This document shows, one piece after another, positions 29,185 through 38,388 of a stretch of 64,000 bases of DNA. Origin of the DNA: an uncultured delta proteobacterium (GTDB taxonomy: Bacteria > Myxococcota_A > UBA9160 > JAFDET01); NCBI GenBank assembly GCA_947259215.1, contig CAMYLJ010000008.1, forward strand, positions 46,673 to 110,672. The letters are read 5' to 3'. How positions within the stretch are numbered: the stretch's first letter is position 1; each line of letters starts with the position of its first letter. The position numbers and the translations under genes are program-made. The notes under the pieces were generated by a model that worked only from the letters and a program-made list of their open reading frames with translations, made no database searches and had not been told where the DNA came from.

Positions 29185-29862
29185 ATGCGAGTAGCAACGC
29201 TGGCCAGCGCCGCAGTCTTGCTGGGTTGTCTGGCAGGTTGCGCGACGACTGACGCGCCCATGCCCGCCGGGACGGAAGTCCCGGACTTCGCGAGACCTCA
29301 CGTCGAGCAGCGTTCATACGGCGCCGACGCGCAGATCGGCACGGTGTCGTATCGTCAGCTGACGCGCGATGACTTCCGCGGTGCGAAACCCCATCCAAGG
29401 GTCGCCGAGTACGCTGCCAGGCTGGGAGCCTACGTCTGCGTACAGGTGGTCGCTTCCTCGGGCAATCAGATTGCCATTCGGGCACGCAGGGATGGCAGAG
29501 GGTACGCGGCGAGCGCACGGAATATCTCGTACGTCGCCGTTCTCGATCCGGAGTGCTCCTGGTGGAACCAGAACGCGCCGCAGCCACCCGAGTACTCCCT
29601 CCAGCATGAGCAGATTCATTTTGCGCTGGCCGAGATCGCGGCTCGAGGTCTGACCAAGCAGCTCCAACGGGTCGAGACCGTCGGGGACACCCGCACGGAA
29701 GCCCAAGCTTCCTTCCAGCGGGAGGCAGAGGCTCTCATCCGCCAGACGGGTGAGAAGCTGGCGGCCCGGAACCTGGCGTTCGACGAGGACACATCGACTG
29801 CCTTCCGGCCTGACGCCCAGGACGACTGGTACCGGACCGTAGTGTCCGAGCTCAGTGAATGA
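29185..29862 (+). CDS. Lipoprotein with HExxH motif (DUF922-like Zn-peptidase)
   Basis: Lipobox LAGC; HEQIHF; codon usage appears less GC-biased than neighbours. Confidence 0.75.
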   Translation: MRVATLASAAVLLGCLAGCATTDAPMPAGTEVPDFARPHVEQRSYGADAQIGTVSYRQLTRDDFRGAKPHPRVAEYAARLGAYVCVQVVASSGNQIAIRARRDGRGYAASARNISYVAVLDPECSWWNQNAPQPPEYSLQHEQIHFALAEIAARGLTKQLQRVETVGDTRTEAQASFQREAEALIRQTGEKLAARNLAFDEDTSTAFRPDAQDDWYRTVVSELSE

Positions 29863-29989
29863 ACCCCCGATGCCAAGCGGCACGCTGCAGCCCACTCGTG
29901 TGTGGGGGGCCCCCGCCCCCCTTCGCGCTGCTACCGAGGCGGGCGAACACCTGGCACCTGGAGGCCCACGACAGCTCGCTCTCGACGAC

Positions 29990-30061
29990 CTGCACCCCGG
30001 CCTGCGCTACCAGGACGACGTGGTCCGGGTCGGCGAGGATTGGAAGATCATCCGGCGCTAG
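29990..30061 (+). pseudogene. SnoaL/NTF2-like C-terminal shard
   Basis: GLRYQDDVVRVGEDWKIIRR-stop. Confidence 0.45.
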
Positions 30062-30158
30062 GCTGTGAAACAATGGCACCGGGGCCCGTTCCCGCGGCCG
30101 ACCCTGGGCCCCCCGACCCACCCCCGATCGCGCTAGCCGGCCCGACAGGAGATCCCCC

Positions 30159-31319
30159 ATGGCAGACCTCTTCGATCGCTACCGGGTCATCGACGTCGAC
30201 AGCCACGTGTCCGAGCCCGCCGACCTGTGGACGTCGCGCGTTTCGCGCAAGTGGGGCGATTCCGTACCCCACATCGTGAACCGCGGCGGCAAGGACATCT
30301 GGTACATCGGCGACCAGCTGATCATGCCGGTCGGCGTGACGGCCATCGCGGGCTTCGACGGAACCCTGCCCGAATGCCCCGACACCATGGAAGACATCCC
30401 GCCGGGCGCCCATCTCGCCGAGGAGCGGCTGGCCTACCTGGACCGTGAGGGCATCCACGCCCAGGTGGTCTATCCGAACGTGGGCGGCTTCGGCTCGGGG
30501 GTGTTCCTCAGGCTGAAGGAGCCCGAGCTGATGCTCGAGTGCGTGCGCGCCTACAACGACTTCCTGGTCGAGTGGGCGTCAGTAGACCCGAGCCGCCTCG
30601 TACCGGTCATGGCGACGCCGTTCTGGGACGTGCAGGCCGCCGAGAAGGAGATCGAGCGCTGCGCCGCTCTAGGACACCGCGGCGTGCTCTTCGGCAGCCA
30701 GCCCCAGTCCTTCGGCGAGCCCCCGCTGGCGAGCCCTCACTGGGATCCCGTCTGGGCCGCGGCCCAGTCCGCCGGGCTCCCGATCAGCTTCCACATCGGC
30801 TCGGGCGCCGAGTGGGACCTGGCCGGCGCCGGCCCGATCGGCATCCGCGCCCAGTTCGCCCGGGTGGCCGCGAACGCCTTCATCGAAAACGAGAAGTGCC
30901 TGGCCGACATCATCTTCGGCGGCGTCTGCCACCGCTTCCCGGATCTCGCGTTCGTGTCGGTCGAGAGCGGCGTCGGCTGGCTGCTCTTCGTGCTCGAAGC
31001 CTTCGACTGGCAATGGTCCAACGCCGGGATCCACAAGGAGCACCCGGAGTACGATCTCCTGCCGAGCGAGTACTTCCGCCGCCAGATCTACGGCTGCTTC
31101 TGGTTCGAGGAGCACGGGCTCGCCAAGACCCTCGAGCTCTATCCCGACAACATCCTCTTCGAGACGGACTACCCGCATCCGACGTCCATGTCGGTGGGTC
31201 CCCAGTCCGCGGCCGTGCATCCGCGGGAGTACGCGTCGCGGGTGCTCGACGGAATTCCCGACGCCGTGGTCGAGAAGGTGCTGCACGGGACGGCTGCCCG
31301 GCTCTACGGGCTCGGCTGA
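30159..31319 (+). CDS. Amidohydrolase family 2
   Basis: DVDSH, FHIG, ESGVGW, ETDYPH. Confidence 0.92.
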   Translation: MADLFDRYRVIDVDSHVSEPADLWTSRVSRKWGDSVPHIVNRGGKDIWYIGDQLIMPVGVTAIAGFDGTLPECPDTMEDIPPGAHLAEERLAYLDREGIHAQVVYPNVGGFGSGVFLRLKEPELMLECVRAYNDFLVEWASVDPSRLVPVMATPFWDVQAAEKEIERCAALGHRGVLFGSQPQSFGEPPLASPHWDPVWAAAQSAGLPISFHIGSGAEWDLAGAGPIGIRAQFARVAANAFIENEKCLADIIFGGVCHRFPDLAFVSVESGVGWLLFVLEAFDWQWSNAGIHKEHPEYDLLPSEYFRRQIYGCFWFEEHGLAKTLELYPDNILFETDYPHPTSMSVGPQSAAVHPREYASRVLDGIPDAVVEKVLHGTAARLYGLG

Positions 31320-31332
31320 GCGCGAGGTACGG

Positions 31333-31363
31333 CTGGCGCCCCGGGGATGACTCGCACCCCCGA
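31333..31363 (-). repeat. Degenerate copy of tRNA-Arg 3' end (att relic 3)
   Basis: 29/31 identity to 49589-49619. Confidence 0.85.
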
Positions 31364-33040
31364 AGGGTCTGGGCGCTTGCTATCCTGGTCCCCTACCTTG
31401 TCGAAAGGCACGGTTACGGACCGCCCCAAGACGATCGAGGACGCCACCCGGCGCATTGCAGAGCTCTCGCAGCAGCTGAGGGCCGTAACCGCCGAGCGAG
31501 ACGAGTACCGCCTGGCGTTCGATCGTGCGCCTCTGCTGATCTGGTACAAGGACGACAAGAACACGGTGCTGCGGGCCAATGAGCCCGCCGCCGCCTCTGC
31601 GGGGCTGACCCCGGACCAGGTGGTGGGGCGGTCGACCTTCGATCTCTACCCCGAGGAAGCCGACGGCTACTACCGGGACGACCTCGAGGTCATTCGATCC
31701 GGCCGGCCCAAGCTGGGCATCATCGAGCGGCTCGAAACACCCGAGGGCAAGCGCTGGGTCCAGACCGACAAGATCCCCTGGCGCAGCCCTTCCGGAGAGG
31801 CCGCTGGCGTGCTGGTGTTCGTCCGCGACATCACCGATCGCATCCAGATGCAGGAAGAGCTCTACCGCGCACAGCGTCTCGAGTCGTTGGGCCTCCTCGC
31901 TGGAGGCATCGCCCACGACTTCAACAACCTGCTTCAATCGATCTACGGCAACGTCGAGCTCCTGCGCCTCCGGCTCGAAGTTCCCGAGCAGGGTGAAGGC
32001 TCCGCCACGGAGGATCCGGCCGCGCGCTACGTCCGGCGGGCGATGTCGTCGATCGCCCGAGCGCGGTCGCTCACGCAGCAGCTGCTGACCTTCGCCAAGG
32101 GCGGCCAACCCGGACGGAGCCCGGTTCCACTGGAGCCCCTGATCGAAGAGGTCGTCACGCTGGCCCTCAGCGGCTCCTCGATCCAACCCGATGTGATCGT
32201 GCAGCCCGACCTCGACCCCTGCCTTGGCGACCGGAGTCAGATCGCGCAGCTCGTCGAAAACCTGCTCGTGAACGCCGTCCAGGCCATCGAGCAGGCCGAG
32301 TCGCGCTCCCAGCCGGGCGCGCGGAGGGCACCGGGGGTCTGTCGCGTCCGCGTCCGGCGCCGCAGCGATCCCCTCCCGACCTACACTGGCTCCTGGATCG
32401 AGGTCGAAATCGCGGACAATGGCGAGGGAATCGAGCCCGGGCATCTCGAGCGGATCTTCGACCCCTTCTTCACCACGAAGGCCGAGGGCTCGGGCCTCGG
32501 GCTGGCTTCCGCCTACCGATCGCCAAGCGTCATGGCGGCACGCTCGACTGCTGGAACAACAGCGGCGGCGGCGCCACGTTCCGCCTGCTGCTCCCCATTG
32601 CGGAGAAGGCCGCCGGAGATCTCCCCGCCGGGGAGGACGAGGTCGTGCCGAGCCTCCCGCCCCTGCGCGTCCTGCTGTTCGACGACGACGAGGCCATCCG
32701 GCAGCTCGCGCAGTCTGCCGGGCCACACCTGGGGCTGGAGCTGCGATGCGTCGGTGACCTCTCCCAGGCGCTTCGATCCTGCCAGCGTGCGATCGAGAGC
32801 GGCCGAGCGTACGACGTGGCCGTCATCGACCTCACGGTGCGTGGTGGGGTCGGTGGCACCGACGCACTGATCGAGCTGAGGGCGCTACAGCCGGGCCTGC
32901 CAGCGGTCGTGTGCAGTGGCTACTCCAACGATCCGGTCCTGGCCCGCCACGAAGAGCACGGCTTCGATGCCGCCCTGGTCAAGCCGTACCTCCTGGACGA
33001 GCTGCGTACGGCCCTGGCCGAGGCCACGTCGCGCAGCTGA
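31347..33040 (+). pseudogene. PAS hybrid histidine kinase-receiver, frameshift near 32517
   Basis: PAS, AHDFNNLL H-box, DPFFTTK, GLGL; then IAKRHGG...FRLLLP and a REC domain (DDD, D, KPY) in the shifted frame. Confidence 0.85.
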
Positions 33041-33249
33041 AGACCCGAGCCCGGAGGCCAGGAGCAGTGCGAGAGAGGCTTCCGCGAGCGTCTCGACCGG
33101 GATCGGGTCGTCGGGATCGACTCGCCGCCGGGGAGTGTACGCATCAGGGCCGTGTACTCTTCGCCGGGCATGGAGTATCCCCCGTTGGTATCGAGCGCGG
33201 AGCATAGGCGTGCCGGCGCGGGTCCCCGCGCCCTGTGGGGAGACGCACG

Positions 33250-34326
33250 ATGAGCGAGCTTCGGGATCGCATCGCGGCCGCGTGGGAAGGGCGCGTCTCC
33301 GGTTGCCAGCTCGGCAAGGCGGTGGAGATCCTCTCGGCCACGCAGGGCGCCGAGGCGCTTCACGCCTACCTGGAGCAGGCCGACGCCCTCCCCGTGCGCG
33401 ATTATATCCCGGCCCTCGAAGGCACGATCCCCGAGCGGTTCGTGCGCGGCTCCTGTCGTGGCCACATCACCCGCAGCGAGCCCGACGACGACATCAACTA
33501 CACCGTGCTGGCGCTCCTTCTCCTCGAGCGCCACGGCCTCGGGCTGACTACCGAGCACGTCGCGAGGGCCTGGCTCCAGCTGCTTCCCGCTGCCGCGGTC
33601 TTCACCGCGGAGCGCGCCGCCTACGTCACGCTCCTCAACCGGGCGCCGGAGTTCTTCGGCTCGGACATCGTCGACATCCCGGCCGGCTTCGATCTCGCGG
33701 AGTGCGCGGACAACCCCTGCAACGACTGGATCGGCGCGCAGATCCGCGCCGATCTCTATGGCTGGGTCTGCCCCGGGCGCCCGGCCCTCGCCGCCGATCT
33801 CGCTTCCCGCGACGCGGCGCTCTCCCACCGCGGCGACGGGATCCACGGGGCGGCGTTCGTGGCCGCCATGGGGGCGGCGATCCCCGACGCGCCTTCCCTC
33901 GAGGCCGCGCTCGACGTCGCGCTGGCAGAGATCCCGGCGGATTCGGGCGCGGTGCAGGCCGTGGCCCTCGGGCGCAAGCACGCCGGAAGCGCGGAGGGCG
34001 CAGCGGCAATTCGCGCACACTACGAAGGGATGTCGCCCGTCCACACGCTCAACAACCTGGCGCTGGTGGTGTGGGCGCTCCTCGGCGCCGACGACTACGC
34101 GAGCGCGGTGGGCGAGGTGGTCGCGGCGGGTCTCGACACCGACTGCAATGGCGCCACGGTCGGCGGGCTGTGGGGGATTCGGGGCGAGGCCATCCCCTCG
34201 GCGTGGACCGACCCCTGGCAGGGTTGCGTCGCTACGTCGCTCGCCGGCCACGGCGAGATCGGCCTCGATGAGCTCGTCGACCGCACCGTCGCGGTCGCGG
34301 AGCGCGTCGCGCGCGACGTGGCGTAG
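33250..34326 (+). CDS. ADP-ribosylglycohydrolase family protein
   Basis: EPDDDINY, WIGAQIRAD, DTDCNGAT. Confidence 0.88.
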   Translation: MSELRDRIAAAWEGRVSGCQLGKAVEILSATQGAEALHAYLEQADALPVRDYIPALEGTIPERFVRGSCRGHITRSEPDDDINYTVLALLLLERHGLGLTTEHVARAWLQLLPAAAVFTAERAAYVTLLNRAPEFFGSDIVDIPAGFDLAECADNPCNDWIGAQIRADLYGWVCPGRPALAADLASRDAALSHRGDGIHGAAFVAAMGAAIPDAPSLEAALDVALAEIPADSGAVQAVALGRKHAGSAEGAAAIRAHYEGMSPVHTLNNLALVVWALLGADDYASAVGEVVAAGLDTDCNGATVGGLWGIRGEAIPSAWTDPWQGCVATSLAGHGEIGLDELVDRTVAVAERVARDVA

Positions 34327-34370
34327 CGGCGAGGTCTCCAGCCAAGCGGAATCCTGGCCATGGCGGGGAG

Positions 34371-34478
34371 CCTGGCGCCCCGGGGAGGACTCGCAGAAGA
34401 TGACAGTGCGCCGGGCTTCGCCCAGCGCCCGATCCGCTTGACGCTCTCGCTGTGGGCCCCCAACCCGCTGCTTAGAAG
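34371..34478 (-). repeat. tRNA-Arg 3'-half copy interrupted in the T-loop (att relic 2)
   Basis: 34371-34393 identical to 49588-49610; about 61-bp insert; then CCCCC..GCTGCTTAGAAG resumes. Confidence 0.85.
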
Positions 34479-34536
34479 AACTTTGTCCTGGTGACCTGGA
34501 CCACGCGAGCGCCCTGGTGCGGAAGTCAGCCCGCGC

Positions 34537-34590
34537 GGAGTCCCGCGGGATCAGCTCTACAGGAAGATGAAGAGGTTGGGGATCGAGTGA
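34537..34590 (+). pseudogene. Fis-type HTH C-terminal shard of a sigma54 activator
   Basis: GVPRDQLYRKMKRLGIE-stop. Confidence 0.55.
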
Positions 34591-34667
34591 GGTCGGTCGG
34601 GTTGCAGGTATCCCCGATGTGGACAGAGGATTCATCTCGAAGGCAGGATGACCGAAGGAGACGGCGG

Positions 34668-35447
34668 TCAGGCAGCCGGGCTCCAGCCCTCCGGCCGCAG
34701 CCGATGCCCCATGCGGAAATAGCGCGTGTAGGTAGGCGGCGGCCCGAGCCCGAGCCTCTCGCGGGCCTCGTCCAGGGGCAGCGCGAGGAGGCCCTCCCAG
34801 TCCTGGACCGGCAGCCAGCTCGCCTCGCGTCCGCGACGCCTGGCGTCGTCGATGAGCGCGACGGCCCCCGGAGCCTGCATCGCACAAAGAGGACGGATCG
34901 CGGCAAGCGAAAGCCGGTAGGCGGGCGTTCCCAGCTGCTCGTAGCCAAACGCCAAGAGAGCGAACTCGCCGACCATGTCACGCGAGTAGCCGGTGGCGAC
35001 ATGCCAGAGGTCGTGGAGGTCGGTGATGCGGTCATGCACGAGCTGCCGTTCCTCGTCCATGAGCCCGAAGATCTCGCGGGCGGGGTCCGACGTCGCGGAG
35101 TCCAGCCCTTCGAGGCTGATCCCTTCTGCGTCCATGAAGGCTGCGTAGACCTGGCCGAGGCTTCCCAAGGGCAATGCGCGCAGGCGCGCGCGATCCATGA
35201 GTGTCTCGCGGATCGATCGCCGCTCGGCCAGGATGCGCGCACCGCTGGGGTCGGTACGAAAGCGCTGGAAGAGGCGCTCGGTCGTCTTGCCTTGAAGTGC
35301 GTAGACGAAGCGGGCACCGGCCTCCGTGTCTTCCGAGTCGCGAATCTGGCTCGCCAAGGCACGAAGTGCGAGCCAGGGGCGAACGCGTCCGCTCCGGGGT
35401 CGAGCTGCGGAGGCCGAAGGCGAGACGGAGCGAGATGTCGAGGACAT
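34668..35447 (-). CDS. Coq4 family protein
   Basis: LPLGSLG, HDLWHVATGY...GE. Confidence 0.87.
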   Translation of the reverse strand: MSSTSRSVSPSASAARPRSGRVRPWLALRALASQIRDSEDTEAGARFVYALQGKTTERLFQRFRTDPSGARILAERRSIRETLMDRARLRALPLGSLGQVYAAFMDAEGISLEGLDSATSDPAREIFGLMDEERQLVHDRITDLHDLWHVATGYSRDMVGEFALLAFGYEQLGTPAYRLSLAAIRPLCAMQAPGAVALIDDARRRGREASWLPVQDWEGLLALPLDEARERLGLGPPPTYTRYFRMGHRLRPEGWSPAA

Positions 35448-35721
35448 GGGTCTACCCTTCTCACGCATTCCCAAGGTACCACGACTCGTCTGCTATCAGC
35501 GGTTCGTGCGCCCGGCCCGGCCGCGGCTTCTCCGCGGAATCGCTCTGCAGTCGGGGCCTCTGGTTGTAGCCGGCCTCACGGGTGATCCGTGTAGATGAAG
35601 CGGATCGGGATGAACGGGAAGATCGCCCACGGCCATGGGCACGCTCTTCGAGGCCTGAGGAACGGGCAGACCCCCCGTGTTTACCTGCGGCTTACCCGGC
35701 CGAATCCCGAATCGCGTAAGT

Positions 35722-35769
35722 CCTGGCGCCCCGGGGAGGACTCGAACCCCCGACATGCTGCTTAGAAGG
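35722..35769 (-). repeat. Perfect 48-bp copy of tRNA-Arg 3' half (att site)
   Basis: Identical to 49588-49635, spanning the CCA end to the anticodon loop. Confidence 0.95.
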
Positions 35770-35857
35770 GCCCGGGGACGATGAGGAGTAGCGCGAGCTT
35801 GCGTCTCCTGCGCGGAGAGGCCCTGCAGGGGACGGTACGGGGCTGCACCGACGACGG

Positions 35858-35876
35858 CCCGACGGCCCTATACGGC
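35858..35876 (+). repeat. 19-bp direct repeat, copy 1 (putative arm-type site)
   Basis: CCCGACGGCCCTATACGGC identical to 49500-49518. Confidence 0.8.
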
Positions 35877-35882
35877 CCCCCG

Positions 35883-36497
35883 CTAGCGACCGTGGGTCTC
35901 GGCCGTGAGGTAGCGAGTCAAAAGCATCGCGATCTCCTCTGCAAGACGGTCGCCGAAGAGATCTGCGCTCACGTTCGAGCCGATCCCTTCGGCAGCACTC
36001 ACCGCGATGAACGCTGCAAGATCGAGATCGGTGACTCGCAGCTCCTGGTGGTGAGCTTCGAGAAGCTGACGCATGAAGGCGATGACGGATCGTCGCGCAT
36101 CGGCCAGGCGCCGTCGAAAGACCGCCCCGGGCACCTGCTCGAGCGAGCGAATGAAGTCGGGGCCTCGGCGCATGGCTCCCATCGCCAGCTTGAGAACCCG
36201 GCTGAGCGTGTCCTGGATCGGCGCCTCCAGATCGAGGTCCTCGCTCCGGATCGCCGCGACGAGTGCGTCGAACTCCTGCTGAATGAGCGCGTCGTAGACC
36301 TCTTCCTTGTTCGCGAAGTACTCGTACAGAGTGCCTACGCTCGCGCCGGCGGCCTCCGCGATCCTGTTGGTCGTGGCCTTGGCGTAGCCATGGCGCTCGA
36401 GAACCCGAGCCGCCGCCTCCAGCAGGGCCTGGACGGTCTCCCGGGAGCGCTCCTGTTTCGCCTTTCGTCTCGGGCGCTTGGCGGTCTTCGTGGGCAC
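35883..36497 (-). CDS. TetR regulator
   Basis: QERSRETV, TTNRIAEAAGASVGTLYEYFANK. Confidence 0.92.
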   Translation of the reverse strand: MPTKTAKRPRRKAKQERSRETVQALLEAAARVLERHGYAKATTNRIAEAAGASVGTLYEYFANKEEVYDALIQQEFDALVAAIRSEDLDLEAPIQDTLSRVLKLAMGAMRRGPDFIRSLEQVPGAVFRRRLADARRSVIAFMRQLLEAHHQELRVTDLDLAAFIAVSAAEGIGSNVSADLFGDRLAEEIAMLLTRYLTAETHGR

Positions 36498-36588
36498 CGG
36501 GGATCGGCCTCCGCAAACCCGAGTTGAACGAATCCGAGCAATGCCTCAATTTTATTGTCAGCGCGCCGAAACGGCAAGTGGGAGTGTC

Positions 36589-37311
36589 ATGGAAGCGATC
36601 GACTATCGGTACACCGCACGCCCCACCCGGAATCCCTTCCGGTATCTGCTCGCCGTGTGGCGCCTCATCCGCAACGACCCGGAGACGACGACCAACGAGG
36701 CGGCCATCGTGGAGATGGGCTTTGCCCGCTCGCGGCGGGGGCGGCGCTTTGCGCGCTGGGAGGAGGCCGTCGAGCACTTGAAGTCGGACCCCCGGACCGC
36801 CCGGGCGATGGACGCGCGGAAGGCGTTCGGCCCCATCTCGCTGGAAGACCTCGACGGATTGCCGGAGGGGACGCTGGGGCGCGTCTTCGCCGACCACTGC
36901 CGCGCGCGAAAGATCGACCCGAACCTGATCCACGTGCCGCCGGACGACGAGGTCGGCTGGATGCTCAACCACCTCTACCAGACCCACGACATCTGGCACG
37001 TGCTCACCGGCTGGGGCAACGACCTGACCGGCGAGGTGGGCCTCGCCGGCTTCTACTCGGCCCAGTTCGGCTCTCCACCCTTCTTCGGCTACATGCTCTC
37101 GCTGATCCTGCTGAACACGATCATGCGCCGCGCCAGCGTCGGGGAGATCTTCGAGGCCTTCAGCGCAGGGTTCCAGACCGGCCTGCGCACCCAGCCGCTC
37201 TTCGGCACGGACTGGGACGCGCTCTGGGACGTTCCCATCGAGGACGTGCGCGCGCGCTTCGAGATCGACCGCAGCACCGTCATCGGCGAGGGAATCCGGG
37301 CCGCAGCCTAG
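36589..37311 (+). CDS. Coq4 family protein
   Basis: LPEGTLG, HDIWHVLTGW...GE. Confidence 0.87.
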   Translation: MEAIDYRYTARPTRNPFRYLLAVWRLIRNDPETTTNEAAIVEMGFARSRRGRRFARWEEAVEHLKSDPRTARAMDARKAFGPISLEDLDGLPEGTLGRVFADHCRARKIDPNLIHVPPDDEVGWMLNHLYQTHDIWHVLTGWGNDLTGEVGLAGFYSAQFGSPPFFGYMLSLILLNTIMRRASVGEIFEAFSAGFQTGLRTQPLFGTDWDALWDVPIEDVRARFEIDRSTVIGEGIRAAA

Positions 37312-37314
37312 GCG

Positions 37315-37842
37315 GTGAGCCTCTTCCTCACATTCAGCGGCGTCTCACTGATCCTCGCCGGGATCGGATACCTGCTCTTCCCCCATGTTGGCGTCGGCCT
37401 CGCGGGAGTCGAGCTTCCCGTGGCCTCGGCGGCCATCGACGTGCGCGCCACCTATGGAGGCACGCAAGTCGGCGCGGGTCTCTTCCTGCTCTGGTGCCGG
37501 AGGAAGAACGGAACTGCGCGCGTAGGACTCGTGCTGATCCTGGTCTGGAGCGTGTGCCTAATGCTGTCCCGCATCTACGGATTCGCGGTAGACGGCGGGC
37601 CGGGCTGGTTCAACGCCCTGGGCATCGCGGTGGAAGGTGCCTTCGTCGTCGTCGCCGCCCTCCTGCTGCAACGCTCAGCCGTTCGCCCCGTCCGAGGCAA
37701 TTCCTCCGGCCAGCGAGCGGACGAGCGACGCCAGGAAGCGGTCCACCTCCGCACGCGGACGCCCGGAGAGCTTCATCTGCGCGATCATGTAGCCCGCGCC
37801 GATCATGATGCGCGCGCCGTCCCGCGCCGGGGCGGCGTTTGA
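37315..37842 (+). CDS. DUF4345-like membrane protein, 3' end overlaps the convergent TetR
   Basis: DVRATYGG motif, about 4 TMs; last ~55 codons are antisense to TetR. Confidence 0.7.
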   Translation: MSLFLTFSGVSLILAGIGYLLFPHVGVGLAGVELPVASAAIDVRATYGGTQVGAGLFLLWCRRKNGTARVGLVLILVWSVCLMLSRIYGFAVDGGPGWFNALGIAVEGAFVVVAALLLQRSAVRPVRGNSSGQRADERRQEAVHLRTRTPGELHLRDHVARADHDARAVPRRGGV

Positions 37843-38322
37843 GAGGGTACCTTCCCTCTGGCCTCGTTCGATGGAGCCCGTGATGATGGCGATCACTCGC
37901 TCCTCCAGCTTCAGGTAGCGCGGCCAGATCTCCCCGCGGATCGCGCTGCTCCAGTTGAGCCAGACCCGGGCGTGGTGCTCGTGGGTATCCACGGAGTCGG
38001 CGAAGGCGGCCACGTGGGCCAGCAGCAGCTCGGGCGCAGGACGATTCGCCGTGTGGACGCGCTCGGCGAGCGCCACGTAGAAGCGCTCGACCTCGTCCAA
38101 CACCGCGGACACCAGATCCTCTCGGGTCGGGAAGTAATGGAAGGCGGTGGACAGGGCGACGCCGGCCTCCGCCGCCACGGCGGCGTGGCGGGCAGCGCCG
38201 ATTCCCTGGTCCGCGAAGACCCGGAGCGCGCAGTCGAGGAGCTGCTGCCGCCTCTCCTCCTGCGGTAGCCGGGCAGCACGAGCCCGGGAGATCGAAGTAT
38301 CTGTTTTAGAAGCGGATTTCAT
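37675..38322 (-). CDS. TetR regulator (DesT/FabR-like)
   Basis: VAAEAGVALSTAFHYFPTREDL. Confidence 0.9.
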   Translation of the reverse strand: MKSASKTDTSISRARAARLPQEERRQQLLDCALRVFADQGIGAARHAAVAAEAGVALSTAFHYFPTREDLVSAVLDEVERFYVALAERVHTANRPAPELLLAHVAAFADSVDTHEHHARVWLNWSSAIRGEIWPRYLKLEERVIAIITGSIERGQREGTLSNAAPARDGARIMIGAGYMIAQMKLSGRPRAEVDRFLASLVRSLAGGIASDGANG

Positions 38323-38359
38323 TTATTGACAATAACTTCAATAACGCTCAATCTATTGA
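38323..38359. promoter_or_regulatory. AT-rich divergent promoter with palindromic operators
   Basis: TTATTG-A-CAATAA (38323-38335) and TCAAT-CT-ATTGA (38348-38359). Confidence 0.65.
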
Positions 38360-38388
38360 AGAACATATCAAATGGCGGGAGACGCCCC

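Noticed and set aside
29861-29870. GAACCCCCGA matching the tRNA T-arm
   Set aside because: Only 10 bp and flanks do not match.
33041-33130. Minus-strand VDPDDPIPVETLAEASLALLL, possibly a TetR C-terminal shard
   Set aside because: Too little signal to assign without a search.
34371-34478. Intron-containing or split tRNA
   Set aside because: No 5' half (D-arm or acceptor 5' strand) adjacent; the insert is too short for a group I intron.
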